From NCBI GenBank assembly GCA_051013385.1, contig CP143273.1, positions 288,001 through 352,000 of the forward strand: a DNA stretch of 64,000 nt, written 5' to 3'. The stretch is from Phormidium sp. Its GTDB lineage: Bacteria; Cyanobacteriota; Cyanobacteriia; Cyanobacteriales; Aerosakkonemataceae. Below, one piece after another: positions 48,355 to 57,496 of the stretch. Numbering within the stretch: the first letter of the stretch is position 1; each line of letters begins with the position of its first letter. Below the pieces are notes generated by a model that saw only the letters and a program-made list of their open reading frames with translations, was not told the origin of the DNA and made no database searches. The position numbers and the translations under genes are program-made.

Positions 48355-51236
48355 TAAAAAGTTAGCGGTGCAAGGGGGGCAATATCTGGATCGTCTCCAC
48401 CTAATTGATTAGTGCGTAACATCCATGACGTTGCACCTTGCCTAAGAAAGCATTCTGTAATGCTGTCACTGGCAACACGAGGCAACACTGTCCGCCAACT
48501 AACTAAACCTCTGAGTAGGGTTTTTAATGGATCGTCTTCCAGAGTGCTACCTAAAACGGCGGATTCTTCTGACCAATCGGCACGCGCACTGCCAAAGGGC
48601 ATTAAGTGCCATTTTAGATCGTTACCGAGTTTTTCTAATTGCTTAAGTCTTTGTGCCTGATCGGGATGTTGTTTCATCCAGGTTTTGATATCGGGATGAT
48701 TTCGGATCGATCGCGCCATCTGCACTAATGCCGCATACAAGCTTTGATTAGAATCTTGAGCGCAGTTATTTGCAGGCCCAACATAAGTTCCCCCAGTACC
48801 ATCGCCAATTCGATAACGCGCTGCCATCACTTCCAACTGACGAGTTAACACATCTAGGGGCGATCGCTCTTTTCCCTCCGCTACCTCATAATTCCCAGTA
48901 AAAGGCTCGAATTCAATTAGTGTATCGGAAATTGGGCGGAGTCCGATCCAACCAAATTGGCGATCGCCCATATACCTTGACCAGTGCATACTTCCAGATG
49001 TTAACCCATCTGGATTCTGCGTGTAAATTTGATGATAAATGATCTCCCAGCGTAACTCATCAGTGAGAGGTTCGCGGATCACTGTAGCAACGCCAAAGGC
49101 AAAGTGTCCAAAGTAAACAGGGCCTTGAGCAGAGGGTTCAATCTTTTTACCACCAATCCCACCATAAACATGAACTACTAAGGCGCGAGATCCTTCCTGC
49201 CAAGAATTTTTAACTTGCTTCAAAGACTGAGATGAGTAACTTAAAAGAGTTGAGCTAATCTTGCCTTTTTTCTGATTTAATTTTCCCCAAGATTCCTTTT
49301 TCAAAAAGGTTTCTACCGCTGTTCTTCCCAGAACTTCTTGAGTAGCATTCAGTTGAAACAAAGCACGGGGAGCGATCCCTTGCACCACAAAAGATCCATT
49401 CTGATCAGGTGCGCCGTAAATATACCAACCTGTTTCATTCAGCGAAGATTGTTCGATCCCTTTATTTGTAAAAGGATAAGTATCATTATCATCTTTAACT
49501 ACTTGTGGCAACCAAACAACTTCCTCTACTCCATCAAACTGCTGACTAGCTTTGTTGAAATGAACGACGCGAAAATGTTCTGGAGTCGCAGAGTTCTCAA
49601 CCGATGCTAAGAATTTTACCAAACCGTAGAAACGCCCAGTGATTTGAATGGGCTCATGAGAAATCATCAGATAGATCGGACTTCCCCCTTCCAACTTCTG
49701 CACCACTACCGGATCGGGTAATGCCACAATTAGATCGTCTTCGGGGTGAGCACCTGCCAAAGATTCTAGCGGATCGACTAGTTTCCAGTGGTTGAGGCGA
49801 GTTGGATACACACCACCCTCTTGACTCTTTTGTTCAGCAGTTGGGCTGAAATGCACGTCTTTAGTGACTTGTCGCCAGTAAGCTTGAACTTTTGGATCTT
49901 CACTCCAACGCAAAGTGAGGACTTGACCGATGAGATGGGCATATTCCGGGGGTGCATGATAGATTTCAAAGGGAATAGCTTGAGGTTTTCTGCCTTCGGG
50001 AGTCGGTAAAATCAAGCGACCGATCCAGTTTGCCACAGGACGATAGAGATCGCTAGGAACTGTAGCCGAAATCGGGTAAAATTCAGGTCGGTTGAAGGCA
50101 GCTTCCCGATAGCGATCGAGGTTACTCAGAACACGGGGTTTATTCAGTTCTGCCAGTGGAGCCGTTCCTTGAAGAATACCAGCTACCCAGTCTACAGTTT
50201 GTTGTAGGGCACTGCGTCCATCGGGGAGCAACAAATCCGGGTCCATTACACCACCAGGAACTTGATGTCCAACTGCGCCTAGATTAATCAAACTCACTTT
50301 CCCCATCCTTTTTGTGCGATTCCAGTAAGAAAGAAATAACAGTTTCCAGCGTTTCGGAAAGAAGATTGGCCCCGCCCGTTCGACAACATCTTTATTGCCA
50401 ACTAGGTGATAAAAGTGTTCTAGTTTGAGAGAGTTGTTGTTGCCACTAAACACACCTGCGATCGAGATAATATCGATCGGTGCTTGCAAAGCATCCTTTA
50501 AATAAGGTGCCGCTCCCATCGAAATTTGTCCACCACCGCTAAAACCAATCAAAGTAATCGGTAAACCACTTCCGGGTACATAACCATGATTGAGTAAGCT
50601 ATTGTAGATCACCTGAGCCGTTCCCCGGTTGTAGATCGGTCCATAACGACTATCAGCAGACACCCAAACCATAAACATATTCCGCAGATTGATCGCAAAA
50701 GCCAGCAAACCGCCATTTCCAGTCGATTGTACCCGATCGGCCCAGTTCCAGAACCAAGCAAAAGGACGATTCTGAGTCAAGGCGCGGTTCATCGGTGAAT
50801 AGGGCATCAAACCTCTAATAATTTGAATATCATCAGGCAATACCTGAGCTAAATCATCCAAAAACCTTTCTACATCAGGGAGATAGTCAAAATTTGCCTG
50901 ACCGATGCCATCAAGATAAATCACATAGCGAGAAACTGCTATTTCTGCGGGTACTTGTTCTTGAAGTTTACCCAAGTTTTGCTTTGTGGTTGCGATCGGA
51001 TCGCCATACCACCCCGCCCACCAACCTAGTGCTTCTAGAGGAGTAAGCAAAATTGCCAAAAGTAGCGCCAGCACCCCAATTCCGACTAGATTAAAGATCA
51101 AACGAACAGTTACACTCATGGCAGCAAAAGCAGTTTGAATCAGCAGGGGTAGGAAGGGCAACAAAATTATCAACGCCCCGGTAACTAAAGCCAGTTGCCA
51201 GAATTTTTTCCATCGGGTAGATGCTTGGTTGCTCAT
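48354..51236 (-). CDS. Large membrane-anchored protein with alpha/beta-hydrolase-like N-domain
   Basis: Two TM helices, YLDGIG, GFSGG nucleophile-elbow-like motif; function unknown. Confidence 0.6.
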   Translation of the reverse strand: MSNQASTRWKKFWQLALVTGALIILLPFLPLLIQTAFAAMSVTVRLIFNLVGIGVLALLLAILLTPLEALGWWAGWYGDPIATTKQNLGKLQEQVPAEIAVSRYVIYLDGIGQANFDYLPDVERFLDDLAQVLPDDIQIIRGLMPYSPMNRALTQNRPFAWFWNWADRVQSTGNGGLLAFAINLRNMFMVWVSADSRYGPIYNRGTAQVIYNSLLNHGYVPGSGLPITLIGFSGGGQISMGAAPYLKDALQAPIDIISIAGVFSGNNNSLKLEHFYHLVGNKDVVERAGPIFFPKRWKLLFLSYWNRTKRMGKVSLINLGAVGHQVPGGVMDPDLLLPDGRSALQQTVDWVAGILQGTAPLAELNKPRVLSNLDRYREAAFNRPEFYPISATVPSDLYRPVANWIGRLILPTPEGRKPQAIPFEIYHAPPEYAHLIGQVLTLRWSEDPKVQAYWRQVTKDVHFSPTAEQKSQEGGVYPTRLNHWKLVDPLESLAGAHPEDDLIVALPDPVVVQKLEGGSPIYLMISHEPIQITGRFYGLVKFLASVENSATPEHFRVVHFNKASQQFDGVEEVVWLPQVVKDDNDTYPFTNKGIEQSSLNETGWYIYGAPDQNGSFVVQGIAPRALFQLNATQEVLGRTAVETFLKKESWGKLNQKKGKISSTLLSYSSQSLKQVKNSWQEGSRALVVHVYGGIGGKKIEPSAQGPVYFGHFAFGVATVIREPLTDELRWEIIYHQIYTQNPDGLTSGSMHWSRYMGDRQFGWIGLRPISDTLIEFEPFTGNYEVAEGKERSPLDVLTRQLEVMAARYRIGDGTGGTYVGPANNCAQDSNQSLYAALVQMARSIRNHPDIKTWMKQHPDQAQRLKQLEKLGNDLKWHLMPFGSARADWSEESAVLGSTLEDDPLKTLLRGLVSWRTVLPRVASDSITECFLRQGATSWMLRTNQLGGDDPDIAPLAPLTF

Positions 51237-51895
51237 GAGTTTCTGTTATCCTGATTGCTTGGGTTACTTTGTAAGCCTGTTTCTAACAAGGTTTCTAAGC
51301 TGCGTAAGTCAGTCACTAAGTTAGTTCCAGCGGTAGTATTTGCCAGCCAAGTTCCCAAGGCTGAAATTGGTTTTCCGATCGTTCGCTGTAAGATCTGCAA
51401 AACAAACCATCCCAACAAACTACAAGCAAAAGCTTCCCACACATCAAACCCCGTCGCCGCATTGAAACCTCGCACAAATGCCAGTAAAGTCCACAGGGAG
51501 AGGAGAACTTGTATCGGTACACCGAAGTAAGGCATAGCAATTAAAAAACTCAGGATTTGGGGAGCCGTAGCCAGTCCCACCATGCGATAAACTATGTCGT
51601 AGTCAACGGTTTGTTGAAACAAAAACCGACTAACTAGCCAAGTACTCCAGATCCAAAAACCATAGCTGAAGACAAACAAAATGGCGGATAGCAACAGGCT
51701 CAGAATGAAACGGAAAGGTTTGACTCGGTTGATAAATAGAATAATACTTTGTCCGATCGCCTGCGAAAAACCCGCTAACAACAATACATCGATCGCTATT
51801 CTATTAGCATTGGGTAATTCTGCCATCACCTGAAATGCTTTTGGATTTAGTGCGATCGCTCCTTTAACTAATTCCCAAAAATCCGCAGATTCCAT
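51233..51895 (-). CDS. Yip1-like multi-pass membrane protein
   Basis: About five hydrophobic helices; coupled (ATGA) to the 960-aa gene. Confidence 0.6.
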   Translation of the reverse strand: MESADFWELVKGAIALNPKAFQVMAELPNANRIAIDVLLLAGFSQAIGQSIILFINRVKPFRFILSLLLSAILFVFSYGFWIWSTWLVSRFLFQQTVDYDIVYRMVGLATAPQILSFLIAMPYFGVPIQVLLSLWTLLAFVRGFNAATGFDVWEAFACSLLGWFVLQILQRTIGKPISALGTWLANTTAGTNLVTDLRSLETLLETGLQSNPSNQDNRNS

Positions 51896-51997
51896 TTTCC
51901 ATATCCTAGAATTTTATTTAAGAAGAATATCACCTAAACAGCATTAGCTTAACTGCGATCGCAAACTCTGTAGAGACGTTGTATACAACGTCTCTAC

Positions 51998-52101
51998 TAG
52001 GACTTACGCTCCCAACCCGGTTTTTTAACGTAATTGGGTTGTTTCAGCGTTAGAGTAGTAACGAAAAACCGGGTTTCTTGGCTTATGGTGCGTAAGTCCT
52101 A
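51998..52101. repeat. MITE-like element
   Basis: TIR TAGGACTTACGC/GCGTAAGTCCTA; partial relative at 36744-36795. Confidence 0.65.
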
Positions 52102-52162
52102 TCTACATTCTTTTTTGAAGATGTCTCTTGAATTGTTTCCAATTTCTGAGTCCTAAAAAAAG

Positions 52163-52654
52163 CTATTCTTCACCAAAATGCTCTTTGAGTTTGGTTTCTT
52201 GTTCTGTTGACAAATTAGATTGAATTAGTTCCCCTCTTTCCTCTGGTGAAAATGCCGCTTCCACCTTATCCACTGTCACTTGTCCAGTGAACAAAAATAA
52301 CGCCGATGTTCCTTCGGTAACTTTGGCTTTAACATCTTTGATAAAATCATCATTGATGCCATAGTCGCTAAAAGATCCAGACATTGCGCCCAATGCTGCA
52401 CCCATTACCATTCCCAAAATAGGGACCAGAAAAATCAACCCAAACAGCATTCCCCAAAAAGCACCATCTATTGCACCTGTAGTGGTTAAATCGACTGCTT
52501 GACGAGTTTTTGGTTTTTTGCGACCTTGAGGCCAGGATACGATCGCAGCATCCTCAATTTCAATCAATTCCTGTTTTTGCAGTTCTACCAACTTTGCCAT
52601 TGCTTTTTGGGCACCGTCAGCAGTGTGAAATTTCCAAACTGTTAGTGTTGTCAT
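52163..52654 (-). CDS. DUF1269 family protein
   Basis: DAAIV, GAFWGMLFGLIF, DYGINDDFIK, SALF. Confidence 0.85.
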   Translation of the reverse strand: MTTLTVWKFHTADGAQKAMAKLVELQKQELIEIEDAAIVSWPQGRKKPKTRQAVDLTTTGAIDGAFWGMLFGLIFLVPILGMVMGAALGAMSGSFSDYGINDDFIKDVKAKVTEGTSALFLFTGQVTVDKVEAAFSPEERGELIQSNLSTEQETKLKEHFGEE

Positions 52655-52698
52655 AATTATATTACTCCTAATTAAGATGTGAAAATTTGCAGTGGGAT

Positions 52699-53100
52699 TT
52701 ATCGAGTTTTGCCGTACAATTTGACAATTGCTCTTTCGTTTGAACCTGGACGAGATCTGTAAATTAAGGTGACGTAGCGGATGGATCGATCGCGTCCAGG
52801 GAGATCGATTACTCTTGATTGTTGATTTTTGCTAATGTATTGCCGCAAAGGAACATCGATAGTTCTTCCATTGCGTAAAGTAACGGTCATATTGAAGACT
52901 TGAATACCCGTTTCTTTAACTTCTAACTTGATGCGGGCAAACTGTTTTCCAGTTCTTACAGGAATAACATCGCGATCGGTAACTAAGCGAACACTTCGCT
53001 CTCCTAAATATTCCCATCCATTTGCGAGTGTGGGTGCGATCGATCCTAACAAAGTCAAATTAAAAGCCAGCAAACTAACAATAACTGTTCTTCGTTTCAT
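52699..53100 (-). CDS. Secreted beta-rich hypothetical protein
   Basis: Signal peptide; WEYLGER..DRDVI..SRVIDLPG. Confidence 0.65.
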   Translation of the reverse strand: MKRRTVIVSLLAFNLTLLGSIAPTLANGWEYLGERSVRLVTDRDVIPVRTGKQFARIKLEVKETGIQVFNMTVTLRNGRTIDVPLRQYISKNQQSRVIDLPGRDRSIRYVTLIYRSRPGSNERAIVKLYGKTR

Positions 53101-53378
53101 AAAAAACCTCTAGTTGGTAATTTTAAAGTACGTTGTTGTGCTGTCTTCACTAAATGTGGGGCTAAAGCCCAACAACGTACCTCTAAAAGCTCTCAAATTA
53201 ACGGCTTATTCATCATCACCAGTTCACAAACGAATCTGACAAACGTTTCAACATTGCTTCGTCATAACCTGCTTCCAAAGGAGTAGGGTGCATCAAACGG
53301 TAAAGCCTTATATAGAAAGGAAAATATCTAAATCTGACGCACCCTACAATATGACTTTAGCAATTGGACTCCAACGAT

Positions 53379-54200
53379 TTATTCAGGCTTGAGGCGCACC
53401 CGCTTGCCACCACCAGAGACCTGCAAGGTTTGACCACTTACCCAGGAGCCAGCCGGGGATGCCAGCCAGAGAAAGGCGTTCGCAATATCTTGCGGTTTAC
53501 CAGCACGTCCGGTCAGGTTGTCGGGATGAGCTAAGGCATACTGAGCCTTTTCGTCCAGCCCTGCCTCCGCATAGCCCGCCGTAATGACAGTCCCAATTAA
53601 CACCGTGTTGATGCGAACTTCCTTGGCAAAATAGTGGGCAAGACCCAGCATCATGTGATTGAGAGCGGCTTTTGCTGCGGAATAAGCAATGAAGTCAAAG
53701 GCTGGTAGCGTACCGACCAGAGAGCCAGAGTTGGTAATGGTGGCATTTTCAGCTTTCAGCAAGTAGGGGCGGCAGGCGGCAGTCATCCGCATTCCTGACA
53801 GGGTGTTGAGCTTGTAGCTTTCGACCATGTCTTCGATGGGAACCTCCAGGGGGTCGTCATAGGCTTTGCCCCAACCCACGTTATTGACCAGAGTGGAAAT
53901 CCCGCCAAAGGCTTTGACGGTTTGGTCAACACAGGCTTGAATATCCTCCTCACTGGTGACGTTGCAGCCGATTCCCAACACGTCATTACCCGTTTCAGCT
54001 TGAATAGCCGCTGCTGTGGCTTGAGCCTTCTCGCCATTGAGGTCGGCAATCATCACCTTGGCTCCTGCGCCAGAAAAGGTTTTAGCAATGGCTTCCCCAA
54101 TGTTTTGGGCACCGCCCGTGACGATCGCCACATGACCATCCATCCGAAAATCGTGAAATGCATCAAACGTCATAGAACCTCCTTGTACTCCAAAATCCAA
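53379..54200 (-). CDS. SDR oxidoreductase, HdhA-like paralogue
   Basis: TGGAQNIG, NNVG, YSAAK. Confidence 0.85.
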   Translation of the reverse strand: MDFGVQGGSMTFDAFHDFRMDGHVAIVTGGAQNIGEAIAKTFSGAGAKVMIADLNGEKAQATAAAIQAETGNDVLGIGCNVTSEEDIQACVDQTVKAFGGISTLVNNVGWGKAYDDPLEVPIEDMVESYKLNTLSGMRMTAACRPYLLKAENATITNSGSLVGTLPAFDFIAYSAAKAALNHMMLGLAHYFAKEVRINTVLIGTVITAGYAEAGLDEKAQYALAHPDNLTGRAGKPQDIANAFLWLASPAGSWVSGQTLQVSGGGKRVRLKPE

Positions 54201-54212
54201 AATTCAAAATTT

Positions 54213-54980
54213 CTAATCAAGTTCCTGCAAACCACCACCGCTAACGGTGAGCACTTGTCCACTTACCCAACTGGCAGCGGGAGAACATAAGAACAAAGCG
54301 GCATAAGCAATATCATTTGGTTGTCCCAAACGTGCCAAAGGTGTATGTTTTAACATGGTTTTTTCAACTTCTGGAGTAAGTACAGTTGCCAAAGCATCAG
54401 TTTTAATTGCACCGGGAGCGATCGCATTAACCCGAATATTTTTCGGCCCTAAATCAAAAGCAATATTGCGAGTTAAATGACTTTCTGCTGCTTTTGAAGA
54501 ACCGTAAGAAGCCATATTCTTGTTTTTGTTTTCACCTGCCATTGAGGAAATATTTAAAATTGCACCGCCTCCCGCTGCTTCGATGTGAGGAGCGCATAAT
54601 TGACAGAGGTGAAAAACTGAGAAAACATTGAGTTTATAAGCCCAAATAAATGTATCCATCGGCATATCAAAAGGTTTTGGGCCACCACCTCCCGCATTGT
54701 TTACCAAAATGGTAATTTTGCCAAAGGAGTCGATCGCTTCTTGCACCAAATTTGCTAAATCGTCGTTATTAGTAACATCGCAAGGAACTGCGATCGCTTT
54801 TCCCCCATTAGCATTAATTCCTTCGGCAACAGCAGCAGCGGTTTCTTTTTTCAAGTCACTAACAACAACTCCTGCCCCAGATGCCGCAAACAATTCGGCA
54901 ATTCCTCGCCCAATTCCGGCTCCCCCACCTGTCACAATTGCCACCTGTCCATCGAGCTTAAAGGCATCTAGTACTGTCAT
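54213..54980 (-). CDS. hdhA: 7-alpha-hydroxysteroid dehydrogenase-like SDR
   Basis: NNAGGGGPKPFDMPM, SSMAGENKN, YGSSK resemble E. coli HdhA. Confidence 0.8.
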   Translation of the reverse strand: MTVLDAFKLDGQVAIVTGGGAGIGRGIAELFAASGAGVVVSDLKKETAAAVAEGINANGGKAIAVPCDVTNNDDLANLVQEAIDSFGKITILVNNAGGGGPKPFDMPMDTFIWAYKLNVFSVFHLCQLCAPHIEAAGGGAILNISSMAGENKNKNMASYGSSKAAESHLTRNIAFDLGPKNIRVNAIAPGAIKTDALATVLTPEVEKTMLKHTPLARLGQPNDIAYAALFLCSPAASWVSGQVLTVSGGGLQELD

Positions 54981-55030
54981 ATTGACTTCCTTCTTAACTA
55001 AGGTTCAAAATCAAAATCGTTCCTACAAAA

Positions 55031-55999
55031 TCAATGCTTTAGCGTTGCCTCTACGGTGTCTCGAATCCCTTGGGCTAAATCATCTCGACCGTATTCCAAA
55101 GCTTCGATTGCAGGCATCGGATCGAGAAACAGCAGCGTCGCTTGCATTTGAGCCATGCCGACGGGATCGTATCCTCCGACTTTGGCAGCAAATTGCATCT
55201 GTTCTGCTTGTTGGCGTGCAGAAACTAGGATCTTTTCCAACGGCTTGACCTCAAATGTGCGTTTAAGTTGCAAAGCATCGGCAAACAACCCGTAAATCTG
55301 TTCGTAGGTCAAGTTATCTTCGACGATCGCATAATGTTTGTGTCCTTGAATGCGATCGCAAGCCGCCGCAACCGCCGCTCCCACCTGGCGAGCCGTCACG
55401 CAAGCGGTTCCCCCCGCTGGCACCGAAACCACATCTTGCTCTTGCACCTGCTTGATGTAAAATCCCCAGAGAGTACCTCGGTTGGGAGCCGCCCCAAAGA
55501 TGTAAGGCAGTTCCAGAATCGCAACCGCTACATCGTCGCCTGCTAGTTCAAACGCAACCTGGTTTTGTTCCAGGCGAGATGTGACATAGGGATGCTGTTG
55601 TGCAATGCGTAGTAAGGGAAATGTGCGATCGAGGGCTGTGTAATAAGACCCCAGAATCACCAATCGCTGGCTACCCACTTGCTGCATCAGGGGAATCAAG
55701 CGCCGAATTGGTTCCACATTCGCCTGACGGTACCCTGCGATCGCAGGCGGCTCAAACGAGTTGCGCCCATCTGCACCGCCCCCATACACAACCGCATCGC
55801 ACCCATCGAGCAGTTTCAGCACATCATTATCGGGCAAGTCGTCAATATTCTTCAGGACAACCGCAACCTCATCGGGTAAGTAACCCGGTTCCGGGCTAGG
55901 GGGCAACCCCATCGCTATTACCTGATGCCCCCGCCTGACCAATTCCCTGACGGAGAAATAACCTAAATAGCCCGTACCCCCAATCATCAATACTTTCAT
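55031..55999 (-). CDS. NAD-dependent epimerase/dehydratase (extended SDR)
   Basis: GGTGYLG; YVTSR at the YxxxK position. Confidence 0.75.
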   Translation of the reverse strand: MKVLMIGGTGYLGYFSVRELVRRGHQVIAMGLPPSPEPGYLPDEVAVVLKNIDDLPDNDVLKLLDGCDAVVYGGGADGRNSFEPPAIAGYRQANVEPIRRLIPLMQQVGSQRLVILGSYYTALDRTFPLLRIAQQHPYVTSRLEQNQVAFELAGDDVAVAILELPYIFGAAPNRGTLWGFYIKQVQEQDVVSVPAGGTACVTARQVGAAVAAACDRIQGHKHYAIVEDNLTYEQIYGLFADALQLKRTFEVKPLEKILVSARQQAEQMQFAAKVGGYDPVGMAQMQATLLFLDPMPAIEALEYGRDDLAQGIRDTVEATLKH

Positions 56000-56009
56000 C
56001 GCTTATACC

Positions 56010-56801
56010 CTAAGATTTGATTTGCCAGACTGTGGGATAATCGTTGGCGCGAAAGGTGCTCTCGATCCCGCCGTCAATCATTACCAATTGACCAACGAGA
56101 AAGCGGGCGCGATCGCTTAACAAAAACTCGACTAGGTAAGCAACTTGTTCGCAGGTGGTAAATTCTCCTAATGGACGCGGAAGCCCCAAAATAGCTGGCC
56201 CTTTTACTGGATCTTGCAAATCGCGTTCCAGTAATGGAGTCATAACTGGCCCCGGACAGACCCCATTGAGGCGAATCCCTTTACCTGCCCAATCGGTGGT
56301 AGCGGCATTGCGGCGAATCCAGCGGGCGATCGCAAATTTGCTCACTTGGTAGCTGAATCGAGCTTGGTCTTTCATCAGAGCGATCGCTTCATCTCGATCG
56401 CCTTGGAGTAAGGCTTCCACTGGCTCGATCGGAATATTCGGCGTAATCGAAATTGAGTCTGATACATTGACCACAGCTGCGGTTGATGCCGACTGTGCCA
56501 GCGCCCCCTGTAACCCTTGGAGAAAATCCACCACGCCAAAATAATTCACCCCAAATACCAGCGGCGCATCGTTGCTATCAACCCCAGCATTGGCAACCAC
56601 CCCACTGAGATTTCCCCCACACAGATCTAGAACCCTTTGCACTGCCGCCTGACAGCCCTCAACACTGGATAAATCCCCTTCTACTTCAGCCCCTTTACCC
56701 GGTAAATCTACCCCGATAATCCGGTAATTCTGGGATTCCAGATATTGCCGCATCACCCATCCCATACCCGATTGGGAACCAGTAATTACAATGTTGCTCA
56801 T
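56010..56801 (-). CDS. SDR, 3-alpha-hydroxysteroid dehydrogenase-like
   Basis: TGSQSGMG, GDLSS, VNYFG, YQVSK; layout like Comamonas HsdA. Confidence 0.7.
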   Translation of the reverse strand: MSNIVITGSQSGMGWVMRQYLESQNYRIIGVDLPGKGAEVEGDLSSVEGCQAAVQRVLDLCGGNLSGVVANAGVDSNDAPLVFGVNYFGVVDFLQGLQGALAQSASTAAVVNVSDSISITPNIPIEPVEALLQGDRDEAIALMKDQARFSYQVSKFAIARWIRRNAATTDWAGKGIRLNGVCPGPVMTPLLERDLQDPVKGPAILGLPRPLGEFTTCEQVAYLVEFLLSDRARFLVGQLVMIDGGIESTFRANDYPTVWQIKS

Positions 56802-56862
56802 TGTTTTACTCCTTGCGAAGGGACAGAGTAATCATTAAAAACTATCGATTGGTTCATAAAAT

Positions 56863-57357
56863 TTATTCGGGACGGAGCATAGATTTCATTACAGCTGCAT
56901 TAATAAACCAGGAAGCAATTCCGGCAATTAAACCTATAACGATCGCTCCTATAAATGGAGTAACGAGGATCGAACCCACAAATTTTTGCAAGAATAATGC
57001 GATCAATGCAGTTGTACCAAAGACAAACAACGAGTAGAACAAGACCGTTCTTACACCAAAAAAGAAGAAAGGGCGATCGAGCAAATCTGTGGAAACTAAT
57101 TGCAAGCTTTTAGCTTTCTTACCGAAGTTAAAAAAGGCGATAACACCCAGAATCAGCGACAGGATAAAGGCAGTCATTACGCCTGATGAAAAAATGGTTT
57201 TTTCGTGCGCTGAAATAGTATCCACTGTGAGCGGTACAGTTGCTTTGCCCTGGAACATAAACCAGCCGATAATCCCGTTAATCACAGCGTTAATAACGCC
57301 ACTGACGATCGCCTCTTTTTGAATAATGTCGCTCGCTTTAGCCGAATCATGAACCAT
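56863..57357 (-). CDS. Four-TM membrane protein
   Basis: Four hydrophobic segments; first gene of the SDR run. Confidence 0.65.
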   Translation of the reverse strand: MVHDSAKASDIIQKEAIVSGVINAVINGIIGWFMFQGKATVPLTVDTISAHEKTIFSSGVMTAFILSLILGVIAFFNFGKKAKSLQLVSTDLLDRPFFFFGVRTVLFYSLFVFGTTALIALFLQKFVGSILVTPFIGAIVIGLIAGIASWFINAAVMKSMLRPE

Positions 57358-57419
57358 ACAATAGCTAGGTTTTTAATCACGTTAAAAGCATAAACAACAA
57401 AGGTGCAAAACTGGTGCAA
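57292..57419. repeat. 128-bp direct repeat, copy 1 (copy 2 at 61665-61792)
   Basis: Ungapped high-identity match covering the leader and first ~22 codons of the membrane gene. Confidence 0.9.
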
Positions 57420-57496
57420 TTAACAAACTGTTTTGATAAATTGATTATTGATGAAAATTGGTTTATTGTAAGTTTTACACTGGTTAAAAATCTGCC

